A model generated the notes under the pieces. The model did not search any database. It was not told the origin of the DNA and worked only from the letters and a program-made list of their open reading frames with translations. From positions 124,001-188,000 of the IMG/VR virus record IMGVR_UViG_3300009108_000751: a stretch of DNA of 64,000 nt; one strand, 5' to 3'. This document shows, piece after piece, positions 18,301-27,970 of this stretch. Position 1 is the first letter of the stretch. Each line of letters starts with the position of its first letter. Position numbers and translations under genes: made by a program.

Positions 18301-18793
18301 ATTCAAGGAGTTCGCGGCTGTTAATGTCGTGAGAATTGTAGCAGGCACCGGTGCTTACCTCGCAGGCGCTTTCTCAAGCCAGCTCTTTCTCTCTAACTTT
18401 AATAATGCAGTTGCTAGATCGTTCGATCAATCCAGCGGCAAGGGTCTTCCTGGATTTATCACACAGATGTCATTTGACTGGATTGGGAACGATGTAACGT
18501 GGGAAGTTGATCAAGGAGCAAGAGCGCCCAAGCTCGCAAAGATAACGTGCCGATTTAAACCTGTTCACGACATTGCTCCTGGTATTGATCACTTGGGCTA
18601 TAACAGAGCACCAGTATACCCAGTAGGCGATGTGATGAACGATATCGTCGGAACCTCAGGTGATATACTAGATTCCCAGCTAGCTCAAGCAGCTGGTGAT
18701 GCTATCGCGCATGGGACGTCAGTCGGGGTTAACGGAGCCACTGATGGCTTAACCAAGGATATCTTGGGAATGAAGCTCGGAGATGAGTCATGA
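15380..18793 (+). CDS. Large baseplate / tube-initiator-like structural protein
   Basis: Tube-fold-like segment 'F.AFL..LSDSFS..Y......GR.E....Y..TSR.I.FSF' and C-terminal 'GFI..MSFDW...WE...G.RAP'; synteny. Confidence 0.55.
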   Translation: MADDTKKVLIPKDRNGDDQLGNDFTAANANYAALPGFGNAGQDDLPLESPQPLDNVQQVSLGSARQKVLDDTRINPRQPGVTDTLDSTSQFLPDELAHSTVDRPSTLTLGSMFNKGLPGIRKSPAVPRAGDALRDISTDSQSLDPQNAPQGRTVAGTPGPAYGNPDEQSGAGPVVQRTVSAVLTRNRFAGMHKRVYAPANSNPDDQVVGSFQSQVGAYDSEAPTNEPTQAGYAFTLEDLKGTAAQLISQAAGFSTQSRETNQDQRYASEGVAVSSVRPRNLQEGDITNDAFIKSKASTGEFDEPNDGEPIETFGQLNTPDSPYAGMNPVQMKSLADAIIAATVLALDTGAERSFIDLLTSNASQGSAPGSRPYTKGKFIENNTWGKPALRSDLGFAHTSFPYDKAIDAGKSLVFGIEDTAIATSDIGERANLTGNARATRGNIANNPGFYVVFCRAVLRDSQNLRQKFAELGSIASGASQESLVASATLVESFRSSKLVACMNVLAMTGDSILSRAQSPYKVDQIKSSGDPAFSAFGRPLEVGKIHYRPSSHAMKSRDSEIEPGVSPASMRLAWRNASVPSMYLLPAEIEYGSVQNALSTLSNDSPAGAHISMEGITKAESNGRLPQEFVENHERTLDAEYVPFYFHDLRTGEIIAFHAFLDNLSDSFSARYNGQKAIGRAEEVQIYDSTSRDIGFSFYVAATSREDFNEMWFKINKLVTMLYPQYTQGRGTGDQSFQPKRNPIDFLAGLSGENFIMPFSQVQSASPMIRLRIGDVVKTNFSKFNLSRLFGLGTEQFSPVPGASIANAATLNIMRLLFQGLGLLHNNRGSSAGAQAGSSAVLSSPATSINFLEIMRLLRQRARQKPEGVGTFWSRRSGLKIGDVVRISFPSVRTLNRVDGSGKLFIPFKDVYAKIVTDPVNKDGELSIDPNGDVFYKVQVASSADMARLGIYDVGGDATYLMNHHDASLIPMGLFKEFAAVNVVRIVAGTGAYLAGAFSSQLFLSNFNNAVARSFDQSSGKGLPGFITQMSFDWIGNDVTWEVDQGARAPKLAKITCRFKPVHDIAPGIDHLGYNRAPVYPVGDVMNDIVGTSGDILDSQLAQAAGDAIAHGTSVGVNGATDGLTKDILGMKLGDES

Positions 18794-19086
18794 CAATTTC
18801 TCGATACTCTAGAGACGATATCATTAGCAGGGGAAAAGCTTACGGTTCTGCAGAGGGTGTCATGAGAATACGCGAAGCAGTTCGCCAGAACCGTCTTGCA
18901 GTGTCAGAAACTGTTCTTGAGCAAGCTTCGAGGCTGGATGTCATGGCCGGCCAAAAATATGGAGATGCCTCTCTGTGGTGGGTCATCGCAGCAGCCAGTA
19001 ATATAGGCTGGGGCTTGCAAGTTCCTGCGGGAACAAGAGTCTTAATCCCTAGCAGTATTGAGCAAATTGCGGAAATCGTGGAATGA
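18790..19086 (+). CDS. Baseplate wedge LysM-like protein (gp53/gpX-like)
   Basis: 'RLD.MA...YGD.SLWWVIA.A.NI....VPAG....IP'. Confidence 0.8.
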   Translation: MTISRYSRDDIISRGKAYGSAEGVMRIREAVRQNRLAVSETVLEQASRLDVMAGQKYGDASLWWVIAAASNIGWGLQVPAGTRVLIPSSIEQIAEIVE

Positions 19087-21956
19087 GCCGACTCAAAAAC
19101 AGAAGGCTCCGAGTTGCTGCCAACGAAATTCGTAAAGGATCCGGTATAGGCGGAATGTCCCGTGCCCTCGGAGGGAAACTTAGCCCCGTCTCCCAGTATC
19201 AAGAGGATTTAAACCAGAACATTCTTCGGCTATCAAGAGAGATCTTAGAGAATCTTGATGGAGCCCTCTTGGGGAAAGACATAAAGGTCAAGGCAGACAA
19301 GTTGTTTTCCGCCCCGGGCCAGGCCGAAGCCATAAAAAAAGGAGAGCAAAGAGCGTTTACTGCAGATAATCCCTTTAAGAGTAACTTTAATCTTTACAAT
19401 GAGAATAAGGATGACTCTAGCGGAGAAGTCGCTAGCAATTTCCAATGCTCTGATTTTGCTCCAAAAATTAGTGTGAATGTAAAGGAGCTTGGAAGCACGG
19501 GAAAAGAGAGCGAACCTGAGTATACAGTCACAGGCCTGTCATCCCAGGCAATAAAACCTCAGGATGCCCGACTCAGCGTTTTAACTGCTAAGCATTTCGA
19601 GTTTTGTCCTACGAATGCCCTGACTTCTGAAATAGAAGTTTTTGCCAATGCGATTCCAACACATGAGCTGTCGAGATGTGTGCCCTATCTGGATGTAACT
19701 TTCTTTACTGCTGCTCCCCCTACGAAGGATAAAAAACCGTTCTCCCTCAGCTTAGCCAAGGCTCTCGTAGGGGATAGCGACGTCTCAAATGAGTCAGGTA
19801 CCAAGCAGCTGGCACAGTCTTATAAGGGGCCACAGGGTGAGGAGATGACCCAGTTCGGAATGGAGCTTTTCACTCTTCCTCAAACTGTTACTCCGCTCAA
19901 CAGGAAAGGTCGTACAGTTCCTATACTTGACCCATTCCGCCCTCTAATGTCAATTACAAGTTTTGATGTTTCAGTTGTACCTGCTGCAGGCTTAATGGAG
20001 AAAAAGAAGGCAAAGCTTTCTATTACACTTCACGACAGATCTCGTCTGCATGAAGTAGCAGAATTCGTTAGACCTCAAAACTATGCGGGATTAGAGCTAC
20101 TGATTGAGTACGGGTGGTCTCACCCAGATTCTAGTGGCCGCAACGCTTACGGTGAGTTTCTTAACGCGATGAGAAAGAAAGAGAAATACAGGCTTTATAA
20201 CTCATCCTTCTCCCTGCAGAATAACGGTGAGGTTAGCATAACTCTTGAGCTGATAGCATTAGGTGTAATTCACACAGAGGATACTTCTATTCTCAATAAT
20301 AACACGATGAAACCTATTGGACAAGCTGTTGGTAATATCCGCGCCAAAGTTCAAGCTCAATTAAAGAAGCTGGCCAAGGGTAAAGTAAGAAAAGATATCA
20401 AGCCCCTGATATCTCTCGATGAAGGTCTTCTTAGCAATGCGACTGTATACACTGAGGACAACCCTATTTTTGATAAACCCTTTAGTAAAAAATCTATAGG
20501 TAAAATTGCAGGTGCCACCAGCGATGACGTTGATGCCCTTGTTAAAAATCTAGAAAGCCTTAAACAATCCAGGAATCAGTTTAATACGCAGAAGAAAGTC
20601 TTAATTGAAGGTATTAAAACAACTTTGTTTAACGAAACTGACGATCCGTTTTATCCAGAGAAACCAGATAAATTTGGCGGCGCAATTCGCCGAACAAAGG
20701 CGGCCAAGGGAGATGAGGGAAGCAGGCCTGAATACATTACTCTTGGAAAGCTTTTCTCTTTCTTTGTAGGGCGTCCCCTTGCTTCCACTAATAACTTCTC
20801 AGAAGTCCAGTTGTTTTTCTACGCATTTAGCACAGAAAGTGGATTTCAAGGAGAAGCTGTTAAAGATAATCCTCTATCGAACTACACGATCGACCAGTTT
20901 CTTATAAAGAAAGAAGATGTAGTTCAGGTATTAGATAGAATGATGCAGAACTTAGGTACTGCAGAGATCCCGATAGAAACCTTTATGAACTACATCATAA
21001 AGACATTTGTCGTGTATCCTTTTGCACCACTCACTAAGCCCGACATGGTCGACGACGAAGTAGTGCAGGCAACTCTCGTAAAAAATGGACAGAGAAGCAA
21101 CATCAGTGCTGACGCTAAAGATCCAATCCGAGAAAAGTATAAAGCAGCTACGGAAGGATTTAGGCCCCCAAAGATCCAGGTTATGTTCGACGCTATGCCT
21201 CTTGATCCTACCAGTTCTCCCTCTAGATCAGCGGCAAATGAAGCCACAGTTTTGAGGGTGCACATATTTGACAATCACACAGGGCGACATGCCACAATTG
21301 TTAATGGACTCAAAGCTGGAAGTGATACTTTAGATCTTTTAAAGCAAGCAAACAAAGCGCACTCAAGTGCGCTAAGATCAGGAGAAGCTGCAAAATCCGA
21401 TCCCGCACAAGCTAAAAATAAATTCATGAGAGATCTGGAAGCTGCAGGCGTAAAGCTAAAGGCGATCAAGACTGGAGGCGTCCTCGATGGGTATATGTTG
21501 GATACCAGCTTTGAAAAACTTAAGAAAGTTATAAAGCGCGGTTTCCCTTCTTTGACCTACGGGGCTGATGGCTCTGTGATCACGTCGGCGCGCTTTAGCT
21601 CCTTGCAGAGTAGCGGGTACAAAAACACGATGATGAAAAGAGCAGGAAGAAACACTGAGATGACAGCTAGGGGTACACAGCCAAATGGCCTACCCCTTCA
21701 AATTCAACCTGCAGACGCTAGCATCTCCATGCTAGGGTGCCCAATAATCAGATATGCGCAACACTTTTTCGTGGATTTTGGAACAGGGACTTCAATGGAC
21801 GACCTCTACTTCGTAAAGACCATAAATCACAAGATCTCCCCTGGAACATTTACAACTTCTTTAACTCTAGCGAACAGAGACGGCGATGCAGCATTCCAGA
21901 GCATGTTCAACCTTCTTAACAAGTCAATCGAGATGATCAAGGGGGCAGGTGGCTGA
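19083..21956 (+). CDS. Baseplate hub protein (gp27/late control D-like)
   Basis: 'LLIEYGWS' and C-terminal 'ISMLGCP.I....F.VDF.......Y.V..INHKI.PG.FTT.L'. Confidence 0.6.
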   Translation: MSRLKNRRLRVAANEIRKGSGIGGMSRALGGKLSPVSQYQEDLNQNILRLSREILENLDGALLGKDIKVKADKLFSAPGQAEAIKKGEQRAFTADNPFKSNFNLYNENKDDSSGEVASNFQCSDFAPKISVNVKELGSTGKESEPEYTVTGLSSQAIKPQDARLSVLTAKHFEFCPTNALTSEIEVFANAIPTHELSRCVPYLDVTFFTAAPPTKDKKPFSLSLAKALVGDSDVSNESGTKQLAQSYKGPQGEEMTQFGMELFTLPQTVTPLNRKGRTVPILDPFRPLMSITSFDVSVVPAAGLMEKKKAKLSITLHDRSRLHEVAEFVRPQNYAGLELLIEYGWSHPDSSGRNAYGEFLNAMRKKEKYRLYNSSFSLQNNGEVSITLELIALGVIHTEDTSILNNNTMKPIGQAVGNIRAKVQAQLKKLAKGKVRKDIKPLISLDEGLLSNATVYTEDNPIFDKPFSKKSIGKIAGATSDDVDALVKNLESLKQSRNQFNTQKKVLIEGIKTTLFNETDDPFYPEKPDKFGGAIRRTKAAKGDEGSRPEYITLGKLFSFFVGRPLASTNNFSEVQLFFYAFSTESGFQGEAVKDNPLSNYTIDQFLIKKEDVVQVLDRMMQNLGTAEIPIETFMNYIIKTFVVYPFAPLTKPDMVDDEVVQATLVKNGQRSNISADAKDPIREKYKAATEGFRPPKIQVMFDAMPLDPTSSPSRSAANEATVLRVHIFDNHTGRHATIVNGLKAGSDTLDLLKQANKAHSSALRSGEAAKSDPAQAKNKFMRDLEAAGVKLKAIKTGGVLDGYMLDTSFEKLKKVIKRGFPSLTYGADGSVITSARFSSLQSSGYKNTMMKRAGRNTEMTARGTQPNGLPLQIQPADASISMLGCPIIRYAQHFFVDFGTGTSMDDLYFVKTINHKISPGTFTTSLTLANRDGDAAFQSMFNLLNKSIEMIKGAGG

Positions 21957-21986
21957 GTTATTGAAACTGCATCCGGCCTAGTAAGA

Positions 21987-22015
21987 GTGTAAATCTTGAG
22001 CTGAGTCCATATAAT
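21987..22015 (+). promoter_or_regulatory. sigma70-like early/middle promoter GTGTAA-N17-TATAAT
   Basis: Same GTGTAA...TATAAT layout at 44184 and 48940. Confidence 0.65.
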
Positions 22016-22020
22016 AGCGT

Positions 22021-23211
22021 GTGAAAGTTTGCATCAACCAGAGTATCCTAGGATCCGAACAGCACCTAGTAACTGATTTTAAGTCAGGTGCATCTTGGGT
22101 TAATGAGCCACCCGAAGATGCACTTACGGTGGGATTCAGTGACAGCGAAGAGCTTCAAGTAATATCACGCCTTTCAGGAATCTCAATACCCCGCCACCCC
22201 GACCCTAAGTTTGCAGGCCCTTTTAAGACATTTGGAATTAAAAATATACTCTGGTCGCAAGCTTTGCCTAGGAGTGTGTACAAGAAGTACTTTCAGAATA
22301 TCCAGGATGCTATCAGATTGAACGCGGACTCTGATCAATACGATTACTTTAAAGAGAGGGTTTCAAGGCAACAGAAGCTAATCTCGTCATTGCAGCCTGC
22401 CCACATCGATGAAAAGATCTTTGCTCGAAGGTACGGAGATCCTGCTACTGTTAATAAGTCGGTCTTGACTTCCTTCATGCCTATGAAGGGTGTGACTAAG
22501 AAAGTAGGCTACAATCTTACCGGCACCAACACAGGACGACTCACGATATCAGAAGGCCCCCAGATTCTTACGCTTAAGGCGGAGATGAGGGATATCTTGA
22601 CCTCTCGCTATGAAGGGGGAAAGATCATGCAGTTCGATTACGTAAGCCTGGAGCCTCGCGTTGCACTCATCCTCTCCGGCCAGGATCCTATCAAAGATAT
22701 CTACACTGACCTCTGCGACAAAGTTCTGGACAGCCAGCACGGTCGACAAACTGCAAAGTTGCTGACCATTGCCACGCTGTATGGCATGGGTGTTCGCCGG
22801 GTCAAAGAGTTGATCGGGGTGAGCAAGCACACAGCGCTGGATGTTCTCAAGAATCTGGAGATCTTCTTCGGGGTGGGTGAGGTAAAAGCTCACTTGGAGG
22901 AAGAAGCAAAGTCTGGTTTTATCAAGAATCACTTTGGTAGAAACATCCGAGTTCGCAATAATGCGTCACACGTGCTCTACAACAACTATATACAATCCTC
23001 AGCGATGGATGCAGCACTCGAAGGCTTTTATCAGATTGTGCAAGGTGTAGAGAAGGAAGGCCACAAGTGTGTTCCGCTCTTTCTTTTGCATGATGCGATT
23101 ATTTTTGACTGCCACCCTGAGTGCTTTGACAAGCTTGAGGATATAATGGCACCAGGGCAACAAATACCTGCTTTTAAATCGCGGCTCTACATGGGCGCGG
23201 AGGAACTATAA
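22021..23211 (+). CDS. Minimal family-A DNA polymerase-like protein (no exonuclease domain)
   Basis: 'TGRL', motif A 'DYVSLEPR', motif B 'RQTAK....TLYGMG', 'NYIQS', motif C 'LHDA'. Confidence 0.8.
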   Translation: MKVCINQSILGSEQHLVTDFKSGASWVNEPPEDALTVGFSDSEELQVISRLSGISIPRHPDPKFAGPFKTFGIKNILWSQALPRSVYKKYFQNIQDAIRLNADSDQYDYFKERVSRQQKLISSLQPAHIDEKIFARRYGDPATVNKSVLTSFMPMKGVTKKVGYNLTGTNTGRLTISEGPQILTLKAEMRDILTSRYEGGKIMQFDYVSLEPRVALILSGQDPIKDIYTDLCDKVLDSQHGRQTAKLLTIATLYGMGVRRVKELIGVSKHTALDVLKNLEIFFGVGEVKAHLEEEAKSGFIKNHFGRNIRVRNNASHVLYNNYIQSSAMDAALEGFYQIVQGVEKEGHKCVPLFLLHDAIIFDCHPECFDKLEDIMAPGQQIPAFKSRLYMGAEEL

Positions 23212-23813
23212 TGGATTTAGATATCGAAAAGATGCAAGCTGATTATGAGAAGTTTAAAGCTCTCACTGGAAAGACAGGCAAGCGGGCTAAACAGCTTAAT
23301 GCACTGATCGATAAGCTTGGAGAACGCCTTGTGATGGCTCCCTCTTCAGAGCGCAACGAGTATTTTAACTCTTTCCCTGGGGGTCTGCTAGATCATGCAC
23401 TTAAGATCCTGGAGGCTAGCTACAAGGTTGCTAAGGGATGTGGCATCGAGGTGTCCAACGAGTCTGTGATCTTGTGTTCTTTGTTTTGTCTGATTGGGAA
23501 GGTAGGGGATGATAATCAAGATCTTTATCTACCCCAAGACAACAAGTGGCGAAAGGACAACCTTGGTGAGAACTACAAGTTCAATGATAAACTTCGCCAC
23601 ATGCGAACCACACACCGAAGCCTCTACTTGCTTCAAAAGTTTGGTGTTGGGTTAAACTACGATGAGTGGATGGCTATTCTGCTTGCTGATGGTTTGACAG
23701 ACGACACGCGCCTTTACTCTATGAGAGAGCCCTCACTAGCGCTCGTAATTTCCTCGGCAAACAAGCTTGTTCAGGCACGTTCTCGAGAAGATAGTATTCC
23801 AGTTCCGTTTTAA
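23211..23813 (+). CDS. HD-domain (YhaM-like) protein with a degenerate active site
   Basis: 'APSS....SFPGGLLDH' and 'LFCLIGK' where HD-family proteins have 'LHDIGK'. Confidence 0.65.
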   Translation: MDLDIEKMQADYEKFKALTGKTGKRAKQLNALIDKLGERLVMAPSSERNEYFNSFPGGLLDHALKILEASYKVAKGCGIEVSNESVILCSLFCLIGKVGDDNQDLYLPQDNKWRKDNLGENYKFNDKLRHMRTTHRSLYLLQKFGVGLNYDEWMAILLADGLTDDTRLYSMREPSLALVISSANKLVQARSREDSIPVPF

Positions 23814-23816
23814 GTC

Positions 23817-23826
23817 AATACTTATC
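23817..23826 (+). promoter_or_regulatory. Putative late promoter (aatacttatc), probably leaderless transcript
   Basis: ATACTTA a few nt before ATG 23830; no SD. Confidence 0.5.
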
Positions 23827-23829
23827 TAC

Positions 23830-24495
23830 ATGGCTAAAGTAGTAAAGAGATTTAGACCGAAATACGTGAAGCGTCTGAGAGACCGCCCGTCAGGCATAGG
23901 ACAGACGGGTGCTAGCGCAACTTCAGATCGTCAAAATCCACCAGACATTCATCGTCTAGGTTGGGCCCCAAGGCCCTTTCCAAGATCGGGAATGACAGGC
24001 GAGCCTAATAGTTCGATTATGGGCAGAATGGGATCTGGCACACTCTCAGCATACACTGATACTGATCGAGAAGAGTTTGAAGATCAGTCTGGCATGCCTG
24101 GAAAAGGCGGGAACTATAAGAGTGATATGACAAGACAGTATATTAGCAAACTAAAGGCGCGCCCAGTAATTGGATTACCTGTAGGCCCTATCGGAGAATC
24201 AGAGCTTCGCGAAGTAATACGAGGAATGATAGCCGATCTCAACGAAGACCCCATGGGAAGAGAAGCTTTCAATTATGAGATGCTTAGAAGCCAAGAAGAA
24301 GACGACGAAGAAGAGGACGACGAAGATGATCTTGATGAGTTCTCTGGGGCAGGTGCAGTCGCGGGATTTACACTACCTTTAGGCGCTTCCAATCACCCGT
24401 CTACCCTGAAATCTCGAGGAGATTTTACTGCCAAAATGTACGGCGGAGAGCGTGTGAGAACTATTAAATTACAGCGAATGAAATTGACTGATTAA
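23830..24495 (+). CDS. Hypothetical late protein, probably head-internal
   Basis: Carries 'ESELREVIRGMI' helix, an acidic tract and 'LDEFSGAGAVAG..LPLG'. Confidence 0.6.
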   Translation: MAKVVKRFRPKYVKRLRDRPSGIGQTGASATSDRQNPPDIHRLGWAPRPFPRSGMTGEPNSSIMGRMGSGTLSAYTDTDREEFEDQSGMPGKGGNYKSDMTRQYISKLKARPVIGLPVGPIGESELREVIRGMIADLNEDPMGREAFNYEMLRSQEEDDEEEDDEDDLDEFSGAGAVAGFTLPLGASNHPSTLKSRGDFTAKMYGGERVRTIKLQRMKLTD

Positions 24496-24498
24496 TCA

Positions 24499-24527
24499 TT
24501 GAACATCCTTGCATGCTAGGTTAGAAT
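24499..24527 (+). promoter_or_regulatory. sigma70-like promoter TTGAAC-N17-TAGAAT
   Basis: Spacing counted; upstream of SSB. Confidence 0.7.
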
Positions 24528-24559
24528 ACACCTGACCATCAAGCTACAAGGAGAAAAAG

Positions 24560-25366
24560 ATGGCTATTGATTTTGATGCGATTCGTCGCAAGGTTGCTCA
24601 ACTTTCTGGCAACGGACGTCGAGGCTCTGCCTTTTGGCGCCCAGAAGAGGGTGAGCACACCGTTCGGATTGTGCCCTTCACCGATAACGACGGGCAACCT
24701 TTTAAAGAGCGTTGGTTCTACTACAATGTAGGTGAGAACCGCGGCATTCTGGCACCGAAGCAGTTCGGCAAGCCCGATCCCATTCAGGAGCTGATCAACA
24801 AGCTTCGTGATGAAGGCTCGCCCGAGTCGGCTGAGCTCTGCAAGCGCCTCTATCCCAAGATGCGTGCATACGCTCCGGTTGTTGTCCGCGGCGAAGAAGA
24901 CAAGGGCACCCAGCTCTGGTCGTTCGGCAAGATGGTCTACCAGGACATCCTCAACATTATGCTTGACCCCGACTACGGTGATATCACGGATCCTCTAGAA
25001 GGTCGTGACATCAAGGTGACCCTGTCCAAGCAGCCTGGTCAAAACTGGGCCAAGACGTCAGTCATGCCTCGAGGTAAAGCAACTAAGCTTTCCGGTGACG
25101 ACGACAAGATTAAAACGTGGACTTCTACCATTCCTAACTTGGATGAGATCTATTCTCTTGAGTCGTATGAAGAGATTGAAAAGAAAGTCAATGACTGGCT
25201 TAACGGCTCTTCAGCGGCAGACGACGACGGCATGACCGGCGGGTCCTCCACCAAGACTACAACTACAAGTGCTCCCACTACTGAAAGCACTACCAAAACC
25301 ACCACTGAGTCGAAGTCATACACTTCACTCGATGACGCGTTCGCTGATCTACTCGGCGACGACTAG
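24560..25366 (+). CDS. Single-stranded DNA-binding protein (T4 gp32-like)
   Basis: 'FWRP..G...VRIVP', 'LWSFGK', 'DITDP.EGRDI', acidic tail 'DDAFADLLGDD'. Confidence 0.85.
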   Translation: MAIDFDAIRRKVAQLSGNGRRGSAFWRPEEGEHTVRIVPFTDNDGQPFKERWFYYNVGENRGILAPKQFGKPDPIQELINKLRDEGSPESAELCKRLYPKMRAYAPVVVRGEEDKGTQLWSFGKMVYQDILNIMLDPDYGDITDPLEGRDIKVTLSKQPGQNWAKTSVMPRGKATKLSGDDDKIKTWTSTIPNLDEIYSLESYEEIEKKVNDWLNGSSAADDDGMTGGSSTKTTTTSAPTTESTTKTTTESKSYTSLDDAFADLLGDD

Positions 25367-25374
25367 GAGAAGAG

Positions 25375-26562
25375 ATGGCAAAGAAAGCCGCAGGAAGAAA
25401 GTCAAAAGGTTCTGACGACTTCACAGCGGATCTCATCAAGTCACTGAATAAAGATCACGGAAGCAGAATTGCTTACAATCTCAGTGTTGATGAGTCGCCA
25501 ACTCACGTGAAGGCTTGGGTGTCGACAGGCATCCGACAGCTGGATTACATTGTTGCTAATCGTAAGGGAGGCGGACTTCCTTGTGGCAGGATCGTAGAAA
25601 TCTTCGGCCCTCCTTCGATCGGTAAATCACATATCGCCCTACAAATCGCCCGCAATACGCAGGCGATGGGCGGTGTTGTGGTTTATATCGACACAGAAAA
25701 CGGCACCTCAGTGGAAAACCTGGGGCTGCTAGGTATCGATGTTTCCAAGCGTTTCGTCTTCATTGAAACTGCTTGCACTGAAGAAGTATTTGCTGTTGCT
25801 GAGTCCACAATCGCCAAGGCAAGGGGCTTAAATAAAAAAGTTCCTATCACCATTGTGTGGGATTCAGTCGCTGCATCTTCTCCCAAAGCGGAGCTTGTAG
25901 GTGACTATGATAAGGACTCCATAGGTCTGCAAGCTCGCGCCATCTCGAAGGGTATGCGCAAGATCACACAGGTGATTGGAAACACGAACACGCTCTTTAT
26001 CGCTTTGAACCAGACGAGAACGAAGATCGGTGTAATGTATGGAGATCCTACAACTACACCGGGTGGTATGGCACTTCCTTTTCACTCGTCTGTACGAATT
26101 AAGCTCGGTGCCGGCTCCCCTATCAAAAACAAAGACGGCGATGTTGTCGGTATTAACGTGTCAGCAAAATCTATCAAGAACAAGGTAGCGCCACCGTTCA
26201 GGACTTGCCAGTTTGAGATCCACTTCGGCGTGGGTGTCAAAGAGCATGAGCAAGTCACCGATTTACTGCGATCTTCTGAAGATGTAACTGTAGATGGAAA
26301 GACATACTCAGTTGAAGGTTCAGGTGCCTGGAAGACGCTGGCGGTCTCTGATGAAAAGACCGGAGAAGTCTTAGTAGAGAAGAAGTTCACCAAGAGCGGC
26401 ATGGAAGATCTACTTAAGAGCCCTGAATATAGCCCACATATTGAGTTGATGCTGGAACACATCTTGGTAAAGAAGTTTCAGGGCAATCCTGACTTTGATA
26501 CCGACTCTTACGAGGAAGTTCGAGCAGTTGCAATGGATTTGGCGGAGAATGATCTAAGTTGA
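25375..26562 (+). CDS. recA: RecA/UvsX recombinase
   Basis: 'GLPCGRIVEIFGPPSIGKS', 'YIDTE', 'DSVA', 'NQ.R.KIG.MYG.P.TTPGG.AL.F', 'KNKVAPPFR'. Confidence 0.95.
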   Translation: MAKKAAGRKSKGSDDFTADLIKSLNKDHGSRIAYNLSVDESPTHVKAWVSTGIRQLDYIVANRKGGGLPCGRIVEIFGPPSIGKSHIALQIARNTQAMGGVVVYIDTENGTSVENLGLLGIDVSKRFVFIETACTEEVFAVAESTIAKARGLNKKVPITIVWDSVAASSPKAELVGDYDKDSIGLQARAISKGMRKITQVIGNTNTLFIALNQTRTKIGVMYGDPTTTPGGMALPFHSSVRIKLGAGSPIKNKDGDVVGINVSAKSIKNKVAPPFRTCQFEIHFGVGVKEHEQVTDLLRSSEDVTVDGKTYSVEGSGAWKTLAVSDEKTGEVLVEKKFTKSGMEDLLKSPEYSPHIELMLEHILVKKFQGNPDFDTDSYEEVRAVAMDLAENDLS

Positions 26563-27023
26563 GCCTATACATCAAAGTAAAAAAGACACATCCGGACGCA
26601 GTAATCCCGCGCCAAAAAGTTGGTGATGTGGGGTGGGACCTTACCGCAGTCGAAGATGGAACCATTCAGCCTGGAAAAGTTGCAGTAGCACCCACAGGCT
26701 TGATGTTAGCTGAGAATCCTTTTGCTAACGATATTCACAACCAGATCTTGCTTAAGATCGAGGGTCGAAGCGGCCTAGCTAGCAAGCACTGTGTTTTCCC
26801 AGTAGGAGGCATAATCGACCCCAGCTACCGCGGAGAGATGGGTGTGATGCTCTACAATGGTGGAGATACTCCTTACGAGTTCAAGAAGGGTGACAGAGTT
26901 GCTCAGATTGTCGTTTATGAGGTCCATGCAAAAACTATGAGCAATAAAACATGCTTCATGGAAGCAGACACTGTACGCACATCTGAGCGAGGTAGTAAAG
27001 GTTTTGGCTCCTCTGGAAGATAG
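26559..27023 (+). CDS. dut: Trimeric dUTPase
   Basis: 'GWDL', 'GRSGLA', 'GIIDPSYRGE', 'GDRVAQ', 'RG.KGFGSSG'. Confidence 0.93.
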   Translation: MSLYIKVKKTHPDAVIPRQKVGDVGWDLTAVEDGTIQPGKVAVAPTGLMLAENPFANDIHNQILLKIEGRSGLASKHCVFPVGGIIDPSYRGEMGVMLYNGGDTPYEFKKGDRVAQIVVYEVHAKTMSNKTCFMEADTVRTSERGSKGFGSSGR

Positions 27024-27960
27024 ACCTGTCCTCATCTTCGACGCGATGAACCTGTTTCTACGTGTCTATTCGGCAAACCCGTCGATTAGCAAGCACGGTC
27101 ATCACGTCGGAGGTGTGGTCGGTTTCTTAAAGTCGATGCGCAACATCATAGATCGCTTTAGCCCTAGGCAGATCTATGTTGTGTGGGAAGGCGGAGGTTC
27201 TTCTAGGAGAAGATCCATCTACCCGGAATATAAGAAGGGTAAAAAGCCAGCTCGAATGAACAAGTTTTATGAGCAGGACATTCCCGACACTCAGCAGAAT
27301 CGAAATAAGCAGATTGCTAGCTTAATTAGCATGATGAAAAAGATGCCCATCTGCCAGCTCTACGTCGGTGACTGTGAGGGCGACGACGTCATTGGTTATC
27401 TCTGCAAGTATAAATTACGTGATCTGCCCAAGGTGATAGTGTCCTCAGATCAGGATTATTACCAGCTCTTAAATGATAATACAAGAATCTTTCGCCTGGG
27501 GCGCAAAGAGATCGTAACTCGCGATCACATTCCTGATCTTTTAGGTGTGAGCGCTAATAACTACTGTGTTGCTAAAGCGGCAGTCGGTGACAGCTCCGAC
27601 AACATCGCCGGGATCAAAGGTGCCGGCTACAAGACAATGGCTAAAAGATTTTCTTTCCTTGCTGACGATGAAGAAGCTGACATACAAAAAATATTTGAGT
27701 ATGCTTCTGCACACGCAGAGGGAAAAATTAAAATCTACCGAGAGATAGCGGACAACTTTGACATCTTGGAACGTAACTGGCGCCTGACATATTTAGATTC
27801 GCGAAATTTAGCGGCGGGCCAAGTGAATCAAATCGAACAAATCGTAGATACATTTGAACCAAAGAGGAATAAGATCGGGATGATGAGAGATCTGATTGCT
27901 GAAGGCATCCAAAACTTTGACGTCGAATCGCTTTTCCTTAGCTTTACTTACCTAGATTAA
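27004..27960 (+). CDS. 5'-3' exonuclease / flap endonuclease (T4 RNase H, PolI N-terminal-like)
   Basis: 'LIFDAMN', 'YPEYK', 'EGDDVI', 'SSDQD', 'GDSSDNI.GIKGAG.KT'. Confidence 0.92.
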   Translation: MAPLEDRPVLIFDAMNLFLRVYSANPSISKHGHHVGGVVGFLKSMRNIIDRFSPRQIYVVWEGGGSSRRRSIYPEYKKGKKPARMNKFYEQDIPDTQQNRNKQIASLISMMKKMPICQLYVGDCEGDDVIGYLCKYKLRDLPKVIVSSDQDYYQLLNDNTRIFRLGRKEIVTRDHIPDLLGVSANNYCVAKAAVGDSSDNIAGIKGAGYKTMAKRFSFLADDEEADIQKIFEYASAHAEGKIKIYREIADNFDILERNWRLTYLDSRNLAAGQVNQIEQIVDTFEPKRNKIGMMRDLIAEGIQNFDVESLFLSFTYLD

Positions 27961-27970
27961 GAGGTTCTAC

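Noticed and set aside
4960-21956. Bacterial extracellular contractile injection system (two sheaths, tube, LysM, hub)
   Set aside because: Contiguous with major capsid, neck and full phage replication genes, so it is a phage tail
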